The notes beneath the pieces are model-generated. The model did no database searches. It saw nothing but the letters and a program-made list of their open reading frames with translations, and was not told the origin of the DNA. A stretch of 64,000 nucleotides of DNA, from NCBI GenBank assembly GCA_009859145.1, contig VRVR01000043.1, positions 120,332-184,331 of the forward strand, given 5' to 3'. Both the position numbers and the translations under genes were made by a program. Below are positions 1 through 12,400 of the stretch, in pieces. Source of the DNA: Andalucia godoyi And28 (lineage: Eukaryota > Protista > Jakobida). Position 1 is the stretch's first letter, and each line of letters starts with the position of its first letter.

Positions 1-3000
1 ATGGCTGAGATCCGTGATCTTACAGGGAATTTTGTTCTGCATGCGGATCGCCAAGTTTCGCAGTCTGCTGCATTGTCGTTGAAAGAGTATGCTGTTATCG
101 ATGAACATATGCTCGAGGTGTTGCGCATCTATGCCGCAGTGTTGTCGAACATTGACGTCCTGGCCATGCGATCCTCAATTGTTCTTCGAATCTTCCAACA
201 AACGCAGCTTATTCTGTCGTCGCTTTCCAAAGAAACGTTGTCGAATATGGACAAAGCCTCGCAGTTGACCCTGATCCATTTGCGCCTGCGACTAGAGTCC
301 ATTGCGATCATGTGGCTGCAACATCCGGATCCGATTATGGAGTATGAGGCTGTAAGACTGCTTGTGTACCTGGCATCGGACCATCTTGCGCAGTGTGAGT
401 CGATTGCTGTTGAGGGCATTGAGTTGCGCATCCCGCCAGCTGCAGCCACAGTGCTTGGGGTGGACAATGCAGAAACTGCAAACGCTGAAGAGCTGCGTCG
501 TTCTCTCCTGACGTCAAAGTTCCGATCGGTCCTTGATGTCCAGATTCAATGCGCCTGGCGGGAACTGATAAGCAGATGGAATTCGTCTGTCCTCGTCAGT
601 GGAATTGCGTTTTCCACTCCGAATCCGACAAACTCTGCATCCGACCCTTCTCCTATTGATCTGTACGAAGAGGATCTGGACGAGAACGTTCGCACGGAGT
701 TGATTCACAACTTGTTGTTGTTCCTGTGCTCGACGGTGACAACGGAAGACGAACATGCCTGTGCCCTTGCTGTGAATGACGGCAACTATGGAATTCCTCC
801 TTTGCCGCGAATCCGCAATGCAGATGTCTTGTCTTTTGTTTTGTGCTTCGTCAGGTTTTTGCACACCGAGAAGGAAGATCTGCGGAATGCTGCGGTCCGG
901 TCCACTATTTCAGTGACCCCGTCGTGTGTTGAGGCTTTCGCTTCTGCTCTGCGTGACACATCGAACGGAGAGAAGCCGCTGCCTCCTGGTACCCCTGCTT
1001 CTGTCATGGCGAAGAGAAAGGCACAGAATCCGTATCAGGTCGACCCAGAGTACGAAAAAGCAGCGATTAATATTCTTGCAAATCTCGGTGCATGCGTCGA
1101 CGTGTCGCAGTATCCGACTGCGTACTCCTCGTATCATGAATGGATGGAACAGCTGCTTGGAGTGTGGATTTTCCATAGAAAACCGCAGATTTCTTCGACA
1201 TTCGTCGGAATTCAGTCGGCATATCACCCTCGAGCTCTTGCTGCCATTGGGCATTGGGTCCGATTGTTGGTGGACGCCCCCCAAAGAGTGGATCCCATTA
1301 CCCTGAAAAATTCTCCGCCATCGGAACATCAGAGAGTGTTCAAAGATTATGCTGCTTCATCGTGCTTCTCGGACAGCAAGGACGACCGTCTGCTGTTCGT
1401 GTCATCGTTATTCCGCTATTCAAGCGCAGTTGATTCTGAGGATCTGTTCCACGCTTTCCTGCAATTCATTCATGCGAACGTTGAGGACGATGCCACCTAT
1501 GAGCGTGCAATTGCCGCCATGCGTTCACTCGTTCTTAATGAAGTGAAGCGAGTCCCCGTCTTGTTGGACCTGGTCTTTATGAACAATGATCATTTGTTCT
1601 TGAGGGCTCTTGTGGAAGAGTATACCGCTGGTTCAATCGTCGGATTGATTCCGAAGGCACAGGTTTATGTGATTGCTTCGTACTTTTCAACTTCTGCCTT
1701 GTTCTCGCTTCGCTATCAAGCGTGCATTCTGGGGAAGACGTATTATCCAGAAGCAACGGATAATGCTTCGCTTTTGAATGACCCCGAGGACGCGCATCTT
1801 ATTCACGGGTCTGCAATGAACGATTTTTTCGCGCAACACGATCCGCACGTTACCGTGGACTTTTTGTCAGAGATCAGTCGCGTCATCGATCTTCTTTTGA
1901 AGGTGAATTCTGCGGCCGGTAACTCTCATTCGGAGACTCTTCTTGGCAGGCTGGAGAGACTGCTTCGTATTTCCCAGCCATGGATCAGGAATTATGTGCT
2001 TTTGGTCTCGTCAATATCGGCAGATCATGAAGACGACGATGCGGTGGAAAGCGACGATGATTACCGCTCACCTGTCGTGTCTGATCCCCCGTCTCCCGTT
2101 TCAAAGCTTCGATTGGGTCCGTCTCCTGACCCAACGTCTCTTTCTATCCTCAAGACTCTCCTTGGCATTACACAGTCCATTAAGCTGGTGTTTCCGGCTA
2201 TGTGGCCTCTTCTTGTGGAAGGATGGTTGCAGGTTCTCACGTTCTATCCCAACTCCGAAGTGATTCCGTCCTCTTTTGGGCCTGCCTGGTCTGAACTGGT
2301 CCGTTTCATTGTGTCGCAGTATCAGGACACATTGGCTGATGTCCAGTCTGCTCGGAAATTGGAAACACGGGCGACTCTGACTGCACTGATCCTTCACCTG
2401 ACGAGACCTCGTCCTGGCCAACTTCTTTGCGATCCTGCGTCTTCCTTCTACTTCCGCAGGATTGTTCTCCAACTTCTGACGTCGTTCCTTCGCCATTACA
2501 AAGAGCAGGATTGGAACCCATCGTGTTTGGAGCCAAAGGAGGTGTTGGAAGAGCATCCCTCTGCGACGGAACGTGCTGCATGTGCGCTAGTAGCATGCGT
2601 GGCCGTCGAATGCTTGGTTATAGACCGTCGTTGGAACCCCAGTGTCACTCAGGTGGAAATGGTGAAGCTTGTGCCGTTGTTCCTTCTTCAAATATTTGTC
2701 CTTTTTGACAAGGACACTTACGGTGCTGCTTCCGAGTCATGGTGTGGATACTTCACAAAAGCCTTTGGATCGAAGTCTTCGGATCTAGTTGATGTTCTGG
2801 TTTCTGTCCAGGATTTTGGGTTCCCGTCCGTCGTGGAAGATGTCGCAGAAGGGGCGTACGCATGGATGGTGTCTACCATGGATGCAAAGATCCGCCTTCG
2901 AGCGTTTGCAGTGTATTCGAAGATCTTGGAAGTGTTCCCCGATCGTCTATCGCTTGCCGAAACACGTGAGCTGCGTATCACCAAGTCGGTGGTTTTCGCA

Positions 3001-4605
3001 TCGCACGCGAATGTTGACTTGCAATTGTATGAATCCATTCTTTGTGCAATTCCTCGCTTTCCGCTCTCGGAAAAGAACTGTCGAACGTGGTTCCGTCTGC
3101 TTGCATCTGGTCTCTTTGGAGCATCGCGGACACTTTATAAATGCTGCTTGTCTGGGCTTGTGTCTGTTTTGAGCGAAGCTGTTTGGTTGACGGAGGACTC
3201 TTCAATACTGGCGGAAGAGATTGTAGAAGTTTTCTGCTCTGGTTCAAAATCCATTCCTCTGGACTATGCCGTTGCACAAATCCTTCATTTTGGGCTTCTT
3301 TGTTCCGAGACTATCGAATTGACCATCAAGTTGCTGCAGATCCTTGCGAAAGCAGCTGTTGCCTCTCTTCCGTCTTCCAACAAAATCATTGTCTGTATAT
3401 TGATTGGATACGCTCTTTTGCGTGATAAGAACGGAATGATTGAGCAAAGAGACAGTTTCTTGAACGCATCTGGCTACTCTTCGCTTGCCACTTTCCAAAA
3501 AGAGAGTTTTACTAAGGCTTTTGACGCTTTAATGGGAGATCAAAACGACGCATGCAGGTTTTCTCTTTGGTTGCTGACGAAAGTCGTCCGTGATGGTCAG
3601 CCGTCCGTGCGCGATTGTTCTTTCACATATCTTGACGAGCTGCTGCCTGTTTTTCAAAGACACTGGACGCATGCTCTGTACGTTGATGTTCGTTCACTAT
3701 GTCTGTCTTATGTCACTTCGCAAGTGTCCGCTGCATGGATCAACTCTGCGCGCCATGCACTGTTCTACTGCATTACACACGTTCCTGAAGGGCTTCGGGA
3801 AGAATTGGTGCCGGTGAATTTTGGTTTCTCTTCGAAACCGGTTTCGTATTACACTTCGGGAAAACAGCGAATTGTGAAGCGGAACCTTGTGTCTTGGGAT
3901 CGAGCAACTGTTCGAGTGGATGTCGAGTTCTTGACCAACGGACCGGGCATTCCTCGGTTGTCGGCCTTCACAGATCTGGATTGTGAATTGCTGGGGGCTG
4001 TTGGAACAAGAGCCGTTCATTCTGCCTTCAAGTTTGTTGGATGCGATGGCGCTTGGGAGTACGACTTTGACCCAGCCGTTCATGAGCCGATGTCCTCGTT
4101 TTGCATGTCCGTCTTCTCTGAGACCGAAGAAGTTGTGAAGGGTCTCGACGATTCGTTTGTGTCTCCTTTGGATCGAACCCCATCAAAGATGTTCTTGAAA
4201 CAGTCTGGATCTGAAACTCCCACTTCTACCGGTACCCCAAGACAGTTTGAAGACTCGACTTCAACCGTGATTCCTGTTACAGTCCCCGCTGCGGCTCCTG
4301 TTGCGGCCTCCCTCGACAACGACGAGGAGTCCGACGGATCGCATAATGTTGAAGATGAGGATGTGGACACGAGCATCTCGGAGGACTCGGATGTGCAAGA
4401 CTTGGAAGAGCCAGCTCACCCTGCTTCTGCAGAATCAGTTGTCCCCGAATTGAATGATGATGATGAAGCAAGTGTGACGGACGCTAGTAATCCCAGTGCT
4501 GTTGATGCGTCGATGGAAGGCGAACATGACGTTCAAGACACGGATGCTGGCACAGCTTCTCTTCCCGAGGTTTCCGAAGAATCTGAGCGCAAGAAAACAG
4601 AGTGA
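1..4605 (+). CDS. Furry/Tao3 (MOR2-PAG1)-like HEAT/ARM scaffold protein, probably 5'-truncated by the window edge
   Basis: 1534-aa ORF open from base 1, helical. Segments FAQHDPHVTVDFLSEISR, LLRISQPWIRNYVL and ILKTLLGITQ..LVEGWLQVL resemble conserved Furry/Tao3 blocks. Acidic low-complexity C-terminal tail. Confidence 0.55.
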   Translation: MAEIRDLTGNFVLHADRQVSQSAALSLKEYAVIDEHMLEVLRIYAAVLSNIDVLAMRSSIVLRIFQQTQLILSSLSKETLSNMDKASQLTLIHLRLRLESIAIMWLQHPDPIMEYEAVRLLVYLASDHLAQCESIAVEGIELRIPPAAATVLGVDNAETANAEELRRSLLTSKFRSVLDVQIQCAWRELISRWNSSVLVSGIAFSTPNPTNSASDPSPIDLYEEDLDENVRTELIHNLLLFLCSTVTTEDEHACALAVNDGNYGIPPLPRIRNADVLSFVLCFVRFLHTEKEDLRNAAVRSTISVTPSCVEAFASALRDTSNGEKPLPPGTPASVMAKRKAQNPYQVDPEYEKAAINILANLGACVDVSQYPTAYSSYHEWMEQLLGVWIFHRKPQISSTFVGIQSAYHPRALAAIGHWVRLLVDAPQRVDPITLKNSPPSEHQRVFKDYAASSCFSDSKDDRLLFVSSLFRYSSAVDSEDLFHAFLQFIHANVEDDATYERAIAAMRSLVLNEVKRVPVLLDLVFMNNDHLFLRALVEEYTAGSIVGLIPKAQVYVIASYFSTSALFSLRYQACILGKTYYPEATDNASLLNDPEDAHLIHGSAMNDFFAQHDPHVTVDFLSEISRVIDLLLKVNSAAGNSHSETLLGRLERLLRISQPWIRNYVLLVSSISADHEDDDAVESDDDYRSPVVSDPPSPVSKLRLGPSPDPTSLSILKTLLGITQSIKLVFPAMWPLLVEGWLQVLTFYPNSEVIPSSFGPAWSELVRFIVSQYQDTLADVQSARKLETRATLTALILHLTRPRPGQLLCDPASSFYFRRIVLQLLTSFLRHYKEQDWNPSCLEPKEVLEEHPSATERAACALVACVAVECLVIDRRWNPSVTQVEMVKLVPLFLLQIFVLFDKDTYGAASESWCGYFTKAFGSKSSDLVDVLVSVQDFGFPSVVEDVAEGAYAWMVSTMDAKIRLRAFAVYSKILEVFPDRLSLAETRELRITKSVVFASHANVDLQLYESILCAIPRFPLSEKNCRTWFRLLASGLFGASRTLYKCCLSGLVSVLSEAVWLTEDSSILAEEIVEVFCSGSKSIPLDYAVAQILHFGLLCSETIELTIKLLQILAKAAVASLPSSNKIIVCILIGYALLRDKNGMIEQRDSFLNASGYSSLATFQKESFTKAFDALMGDQNDACRFSLWLLTKVVRDGQPSVRDCSFTYLDELLPVFQRHWTHALYVDVRSLCLSYVTSQVSAAWINSARHALFYCITHVPEGLREELVPVNFGFSSKPVSYYTSGKQRIVKRNLVSWDRATVRVDVEFLTNGPGIPRLSAFTDLDCELLGAVGTRAVHSAFKFVGCDGAWEYDFDPAVHEPMSSFCMSVFSETEEVVKGLDDSFVSPLDRTPSKMFLKQSGSETPTSTGTPRQFEDSTSTVIPVTVPAAAPVAASLDNDEESDGSHNVEDEDVDTSISEDSDVQDLEEPAHPASAESVVPELNDDDEASVTDASNPSAVDASMEGEHDVQDTDAGTASLPEVSEESERKKTE

Positions 4606-4698
4606 CTATGTCCCGAGTCGCGTGAAAGACAATGAAAGAATGAAAAGAAAGGACTTCTTGCTATTGTTTTCGATGTTAATAAATTGGAAGATTTTTTT

Positions 4699-6075
4699 TT
4701 ATGCGAAGTTCATTAGATTTGCCGCAAGAAACAGCGCCTGGACTGCAGAAGTCCCGCAAATAACACACATTGTGAGGGAATGACTGGACAGCAATTCAAA
4801 CCCCCCTAACAGCAGTGCATTGATCTTGTATGCCCAGAGGATGTATGCCCACACAACGAACGACGAAGCCCATTCCGTGATGGCAAGGATCCCCAAATAG
4901 AGTATGACATCGTCGAATCGCTCCTCGGGTAGTTGTGAAATGCTAAACATGAAAAAGACTGCATTCCAGGAGTACCGGAGAAACACCATACAAGACAAAA
5001 ATAAGAACACCGACAAGCGCTGAGCATTGGCACTGTGGTAAAAGGACATGCCGTTTTGCTGGCGATACGCAAACAGCATATTTGAAAACTGGAGTTGGTT
5101 CTCATCCTGGGCAGTGATGAGCGGAGTTTTCGGGATACTGTTCAATGATCTGGACAGCACAAAGCGCTTAAAGAACCAGCTGCTCATCATCAACGAGTTG
5201 GACACAATTTCGGAAAAAAGAACGATAAATTGGAAAAGAAGTAAGATGAGAATGCTTTCAATCTTCAACGTGATTGCTTTCAGGAATACATTCTGATAGG
5301 TGGGGAAAAACCAAAATGACAGGGACAGAACTCCAGCAGATTTCGCGGTCTTGCTTTTTGATAAATTGAAAGTTGCAAGAAACCTACAAATGATGCACGG
5401 AATCGGAAACAAGACCGAAAACGCAAGATTCGAAACTGTGTCCAGATTCTGCGTCAGCAAGCTCACTCCGAGACATGCTGTATAAGTGTACGTCAAGATG
5501 ATTAAAAACGCAAAGTTCAGAAAGCGAGAAGTCTTGAGCGGAATTGCGGGACGGAACAGCTTGGAAGCTCCACTGAGTACCCCGACGTACAAAACCAAGA
5601 ATGCCGAGGTGAACACGGTCGGGACGTATCTATAGAATTGCGAATCAGCGTCGAATCCAAAAGAAAGGACAAGAGCAATACACAGAGTGTAGACGCCAGC
5701 GTGAACCATGGAAACAACCAGTTTCATCCAAACACCAAAATGGGACCTAGGATGACACAGTCGCTGGTACACGGAGCCAATAACCCAAGTCAGAAACGCA
5801 ACATGGATTGCATCGACAATGCAGAAATATAACAGAAACTGACGACACTGTGATCCGGCGTCGCCCAAGGCTGCCTGAGGCTCCGAGTCCACCCCGCAGC
5901 GCCAGGACGCTGTGGGGTGTGCCGACAGCGGGATGCACAGCCATATCAGAGCCAGAATCAAAGAATAGGAAAGTTGCTTCGCAGCGGTAATCACCAGTGT
6001 ACCGTACGAGAACCCTGCATACTCCGCTGAGGACACAGCGGGGGTTGGTGTTGAAGTAGCTGCAGAATCATCCAT
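4699..6075 (-). CDS. Multi-pass membrane protein of unknown function (about 9-10 hydrophobic segments)
   Basis: 458-aa ATG ORF with repeated 18-22 aa hydrophobic stretches. It fills the gap between neighbouring genes. Confidence 0.7.
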   Translation of the reverse strand: MDDSAATSTPTPAVSSAEYAGFSYGTLVITAAKQLSYSLILALIWLCIPLSAHPTASWRCGVDSEPQAALGDAGSQCRQFLLYFCIVDAIHVAFLTWVIGSVYQRLCHPRSHFGVWMKLVVSMVHAGVYTLCIALVLSFGFDADSQFYRYVPTVFTSAFLVLYVGVLSGASKLFRPAIPLKTSRFLNFAFLIILTYTYTACLGVSLLTQNLDTVSNLAFSVLFPIPCIICRFLATFNLSKSKTAKSAGVLSLSFWFFPTYQNVFLKAITLKIESILILLLFQFIVLFSEIVSNSLMMSSWFFKRFVLSRSLNSIPKTPLITAQDENQLQFSNMLFAYRQQNGMSFYHSANAQRLSVFLFLSCMVFLRYSWNAVFFMFSISQLPEERFDDVILYLGILAITEWASSFVVWAYILWAYKINALLLGGFELLSSHSLTMCVICGTSAVQALFLAANLMNFA

Positions 6076-6499
6076 CGAATGTAGCGTAAATCATGAAATT
6101 AGCTCTCGATTATATTGTTACTAACCACGAACGAACAGCAGTGATAGTAGTGTAGTAGTGATGGTTATGGCGATGATAGCAGTAGCACTCCCGCTTGGAA
6201 ATGCGTGGGATTTTTTTTTTCATTAGTTGTGATGGTAGCAGGAGAATGGGAGCAGAAACGCGTGCGAGGTGCTGTACACGTTGTGAACAAAAGGCTAGGC
6301 TCAAGTGCTTGTATCATGTTGGACATTAAAGGGAACGGGGTTTTTTTTTATATTACAGCTGGCATTCAGGAGGACAGCCCAGAGCAAAAGCCAGTGGAGA
6401 TGAGCGTGAGACGGTACCTGGGAGTTGAAAAAAATCGGTATTGGTACTTTACGGAAGGGGCCTTATCTACAGTGCACGCGGCCCCGACCACGGTGTTTT

Positions 6500-9400
6500 C
6501 TACTCATGAAGCGACCGTGGAGAGTTGGCGGAGGGTGCGGACGCAAGCAGTTCATGGAAGAAGTCCTTGTTCCGCAAACGCTTCTCCGCTACGGACATTC
6601 TATCGATCTCGGATATCCGTTCCCGCGAGTTTTGCAGTTCTCGGTTGTACATTCCAACCCGCTGAATTACTCGGAACTTCTCTGCAGTAACCTGACGAAG
6701 CTCCGATTCACGACGGTCCTTTTCCTGTGCGTCAATACCAGGGTCCTGCAGGATCTGCCTCAGTTCTTCTTCACCGTTGCGGAGGTCTGCTTCTTTGGAA
6801 TTCGATTCCTTCAGCCGCCGCTCCAAAGTGCGGACTTTGATGGACAGCTGTGCCAGCAAATCCACACTTCCTTGAATACCGTCAGTTGCGCTTTCGTCAT
6901 CCGACAAGGACGACATTGCCCCCACATCCTTCTCGGAGCCGTGGTCTTCATCGAGCGAAGCAAGGTACTGAGAAATGTGCGGATCAGAATCAAGGCCGCC
7001 GTACTTTGAAACAAGCGACCGAACAGCGTCATCTGAAAGGGACTCCCCAGGCGTCGAAGACGACTCATCAACAACGGCCGTCGGTCTCTTCAATTTTTTT
7101 CTGTACGCACGAGAAGCAATTCCAGACACGAGGTTGTGAAACTCTCCTTTTGGACCGTCTGCTGATTTGGAAATCTCGGACAAGGCGTGCAACACGACCA
7201 TGGAAAAGTCTCCCGGATCAGACAATCTATCGCGATGAATAAATAATGTCTTCTCAGCACCTCGGTACAAATAGGAGTGCCCAAGCGGATTTGCAGCAGG
7301 AAGCCCGTTAGCTGTCTCGCATTCCGAATTGGGTAGCAGAGATGCAATCAATACTGACGGAGAACCCATGCGAGAAAGCGCATCAGCACACAAATCCAAT
7401 CCGAAATTGTATGCTGCAGCTTCCGAATCTTCAAGATCCGTCGGCGGGGTTAACCGCAATGTGGAGTCCTTGCGCTTCGCAATCGCGCAATCCATTTCGT
7501 CGGTCCATGCCACCGATGCAGATGCTGTTTGCAGCGACTGTTGCTGGTGTCTTCGAAGACGGGCCGCAATTTCCTCCAGCGATGATGCCGCTTTCACCCT
7601 CTTTTTCACATGGTCTGCATGGGACATCTGAATGGACGAGAGTCGATGATCAATCTCATCCAGCTTTGAATACAATGGGGAACTCATCAGAGAACGGAAC
7701 CAATCCGTCTCTGTAGACCACTCTCCCGAAGCCATGATCATCTTTGAAGAATCGGCAGGAACAACAGAGTATCCAGAGGCAACAACAGCTGTGTTTTCTT
7801 GTGCTTGTGCTTGTGCTTGTTCCTGTGCCTGTTGCCTTGCCACTTCTTCGTCCTTTTGCTTCTGAGCTTCATCCTGCCGCTTCTTTGCCTCCTCCATCTC
7901 CTTTTCCGCCTGGATCTTCCGCAGCCGCTCTTCCTCAGCCGTTTTCTTCTCCAATTCCAGTTGTTCTTTCCGACTTTCTTCCTGTTTCTGTCGCTCAGCT
8001 TCCAGGCGCAATCGCTCGGATGAAGCAAGCTTCTGCTCCTCCTCACGGCGCTTTTCTTCCTCAAGAGCTATCGTCTTCTCCCGTTCTTCAGTTTCAAGAC
8101 GCAGACGTTCGGCTTCTCTCCGAGCTTCTTCATCTCGACGCTTCCTATCTTCTTCTTCTGCTGCCAATCGTGCCTCTTCTCGCTCTCGTGCAATTCGGTC
8201 GGCTTCTTTTCGAGACCGCTCGGCCTCCTCCTCCTCTCGCTTCTTCTTTTCAAGCTCGGCCTCCATTGCAGCCTTCTTGATACGGAGCTTTTCCTCTTGT
8301 TTCTTCTTCAGTTTCTCGCGAACAGCCCTTTCTTGACGCTCCCGTTCGCCATCAAGCGCCGACTCCAGACGAGCTTGCTCGGAAGCATATCGCTGCATGA
8401 TCTCGTTCTTCTGATCGGCGGTCGCAGACTGCAGTTCCGCGGACATCTCGGCTTCTCGCTGCAGACGCATGGCTTCCATCTTCTTTTCTTTTTGCTCACG
8501 GGCTGCGGTAATTTCCTGCTCCATCCTGCTCTGTTCCTGAATAAACTTATCCTCGAGATCGCGCAGTTCCTTCTCGATCGCTTCTTGCTGCGCTCTTTCC
8601 AGTTCTCTGCGTTCTGTCTCGAACTTCAACTTTGCATCGGCTCGATCTTCTTCCAATTTCTTCTGCAGCGCGCGGAGATCTGCAGCACGACGAGCGGCCT
8701 CAATTCCCTGTGCCTTTAACATTGATTCTTGCGGGGAAAGCTCAGCACAAGCTGTTGCTATTTCATCGAGTTGGTGCTGTCGCAGTTCCAACCTTGATCG
8801 AGCATGTAAAACCTCCATCTCCAACAGTTGTTCGTCCTCTTCGACATCAGGAAGTGCGGATAGTTCTTCTGCTGTAAGGAGCTGGCGAACTTTGCGAATG
8901 GATTGCAGGAGACGCTGCTTCTCATCAGCCTGCGCCTTGGAAAGCGCCTGCGATTCGGCAACATGTCGCTGCTGCATTGTGACCTCGATCGCCTGTGCGA
9001 TGACTTCTTGCGAAATAGATCCTTCTGCAACAGCTTGCTCAATGGCATGTTTCTCGCTTTCGACTGCAGCCTTACTCTTGACGTCGAGAGTCTCTCGAGC
9101 CTGCTGAGCCATCTCTTTTCGCTTTTCCGATTCTTGCTTGCTGACCAATTCGACGACCTTCTTACGCTTCTTCTCCTCCAACCGACGCTTCAGCTCTTCT
9201 GCCTGTCGACCTTTCTCAGAGTCCACTTTCTCCAGCAGTTTCTCGAGCTCTTTCTGATGCGCCTCCATAATCTTGCTAGCTTCCGTTTCATCTTGCGCAG
9301 AAGCCAGTTCCTGTTCAGTCTGAGCAGCAAGCTTTGCTTTTTCTTCTGCAATCTGCCGTTTCTTTTGGTCCTCCACGCGCCTCAGTTCCTTATCCGCTTC

Positions 9401-12400
9401 CTTCTTCATCTCGGATTCCAACTCGGAAAGCACTTGCTCTTGCTCAGCAACGTGCTGCGCTTCCATTTCAGCAATGATTCGCGCATGCTGACGCTGAAGC
9501 GCACGCTCTGCATCACTTGAAACATTTTCGTGGGCATTCGTCACAATGTCAGAGATCGCACCCGACAAGCCAGCAGGAAGAGGGTCGTTTTCCGCAGAAA
9601 CATGAGCGTCGTCATTTCCTTCACTTACATCGGATTGAACCAGACGAAGATCTCTGATGGACTTCTCTTGTTCCTCAATCTGGCGCTTTTCCTCCTCCAT
9701 CTTCTTCTTTCTCAGGGAACGTTCCTTTTCTTCCTTCTTCTTCAGCAGCGCAGCTTTCGCATCCGCCCGCTGTTTCTCCCGTTCAATTTCTAGATTCTCT
9801 TCCAATGATTGCAGCTCTGCAGAGAACGTTTCCATGAGGCGTTTCTTTTCGGAATCAGTGTGGACACCTTTTCGCTGCATTTCGGCAGCCAACCGTTGTT
9901 CCAGCTCAGCACGCTTCTGTTCGTAAGAATTGCCAATATGAGAATCAATGTTGGCGAGCACAATATCCTCCTCTTTCCGAATCTCTTCAACCAGCACAGC
10001 CCGTTCCGCTTCAAAGCTTTGTTGCTTGCGGGCCACACGGCTCGCAAGCTGGCGCTCAATCTGACCTTTTTGCTGTTCCCATGCGAGTGCGACCGACTGT
10101 GACCCGGCACCTTCGCCCTCGCTGCTTTCCGAACCATTCACTTTGGAATTCGCGGCCGACGCATCGGCCAGCAGATGCTTAACTTCCTGATCCGCTTCTG
10201 ACAATTCTGCATCTCTTTCAGCAGCCTGTCGTTTTGCCAGAGACTCGCGCATCTTGGACTTTCGTGCACTCAGCCTCTTTTCCAGCAATTCCTTCTGTCG
10301 ACGCTGTTCAACAGACATATTCTTATCAATAGCTGCAACATCTTCTGCTAAACATTTCAAAATCCTCTCCTTCTCCGCTTCGGATGAAGCCTCGTTCAAG
10401 GCTTCCTGCGCAGCACGACGAAGCGCATCCTCTTGAGATTGCTTAGCAATAACCAATCTTTCCTCTGCAGCAGCACGGTCTGCTTCTTCCTCATGAAGAA
10501 GCATGCTTTCCAGGTCTCTCTTCTCCTTGTCATGTACTTCGGCAAGGTGTTCATGTCGCTCTTCCAACCGCTGATGCAACAAAGATTCCTTCGTCACGGT
10601 CGGTTTTTTCTTTGCGCCTGATTGTCGTCCCGCGCCATCTTTGACGCTCGATACTACAGATGCAGTATCCGCAGCCTGCTCAGAGCTCTCATCAGCGCTT
10701 TTCGCAACTTCAACTTGCAAAATGCTAGAACGCTCACGACGAGCCGCCGTCTCCTCGATGGCTGCTTCCGATACTTGTTTGTCACGGAGTTTATCGACGA
10801 GGCATTTGCGCCGTTCTTGCAACCGCTGCGACAACTGGGATCGCTGTCTTCTTGCCTCCGAATCGAGAGCCGATTCCAGATTCTCGGAGGCAGACTGAAA
10901 TTCTTTCATAATCCGATCCTTTTCATACTCATCATCCCCAGCAGCTGACAAGCGGAGCTGCATTTGTCGATCCAACATGGATCGTGCGCTCTTAGCGCTC
11001 GACTTCAAATCCTCATCAAGATTTGCAAATTCTTCACGTTCTTCGCTGGCCAGGACATCCTCTAGATTGGCGCGTTCGGCGGAGTGACGTTCTTGCATGC
11101 GGGCCCGTCGGTGAGCCAGCTTCCGCTCAAGAGAATCAAGCTGCGCCTGTTGCTCCAAAGAAATGGCGTCAGAATATCTGGTTGCATCCAACTGCCCGTC
11201 CGCAATAAGTTTTCTGATTTCCTCTTGCACCTTGGCGTCCAATTCTGCAGACGAATATGTCGCATCTGCATCTCCATTTTGCTGCGAGTCCTTTGCGTTC
11301 CCAGAGCCAATAACTACTGAAAGACCTTGTTTCTTGGCCTCCACAATGGACTTCAACAGCTCTGGATCCAGAACAGTGCCCTCCTTGTCACCAGCAACAA
11401 CACGCGCAGCTTGTACATCGGTTAACAATCCCATCTCGTGGAGCATTTTCGCCATGAACTGCGACATTGCATGCGTGAACTCCGGCGGCAAATCATATGT
11501 CTGAGCTGCTTCTCGTTCGCGTGCTTGATGCTCACGCTCCAAAAGCGGATCTGCAGCATTTCGAACATTACGATGCCACTCGTCAATCCATCCCAGCTCG
11601 GAAAGGTCCTGCACTTGAGGTCTTTGGAAGCGGTCCAAAGACTCCTCCAACTGACGGCCAACGGCTGCGACATCGTAGGAATGCTCTTTGTCCAACTTGC
11701 TGACACCTTCCGCATCACCCCTTGCTTCGCAACGCTTTCTGCCCTTCTTGTACTGCTGTTCCAAATCGTTCAAACGGTCTGCCACAGCTGACAACCCCGC
11801 AGCGGCTTGCTCGCAGTGACGCAGCATTCGCTCTTCCGACTCTCGTCGAGATGCATCCATGGACATCAGCGCTGCGACTGCGTCATCACCGCATGCCTCT
11901 CGCAACGCCTCCTCTGAATCAAGGCGGCGGGTTCTCTCTTTCTCGGCAAGAAGACGGGCATCAGCTGTGGATCGTTCTAATGTCTTCATATGTTGCACGA
12001 TCTTCTCAGGAGAGGCGCCCTGTGCACGTGCTTCCTTGAGAGCTGCAAAGGACTTGTCCCAATCATCTGTGCAAGCACGCTGGCGTCTGATGAACACTTC
12101 GCGAGCAGCCATTTCGTCTTCCAGTGCTTTCTTCATCTCCTCTACAGGAATGACATCTTCAGGACGAAGTTCACGCGCACCGCCAGGTAGCACAGACCAC
12201 ATTTCGTTGCCCAACCCAGTCGGTGCGAGAATTCGAGCTTGCTTGCGAGACTTCTTTCCAAGACGTGATCCGAGAAGGGACTTGATATTCTCAGTTTCTT
12301 CGAGAATTCTCTCACAAACGTTCGCTGCATCACCACGGGAAGCATCAAGACGAGCCTGCACTTGCGATGCGTGTTTGTCAAGAGTCTCGTACACCCTGGA

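Noticed and set aside
6205-6690. 161-aa ORF with RRYLGVEKNRYWYF resembling a WHIM/WSD motif
   Set aside because: Non-ATG start, overlaps the giant gene antisense, and has no other supporting domain.
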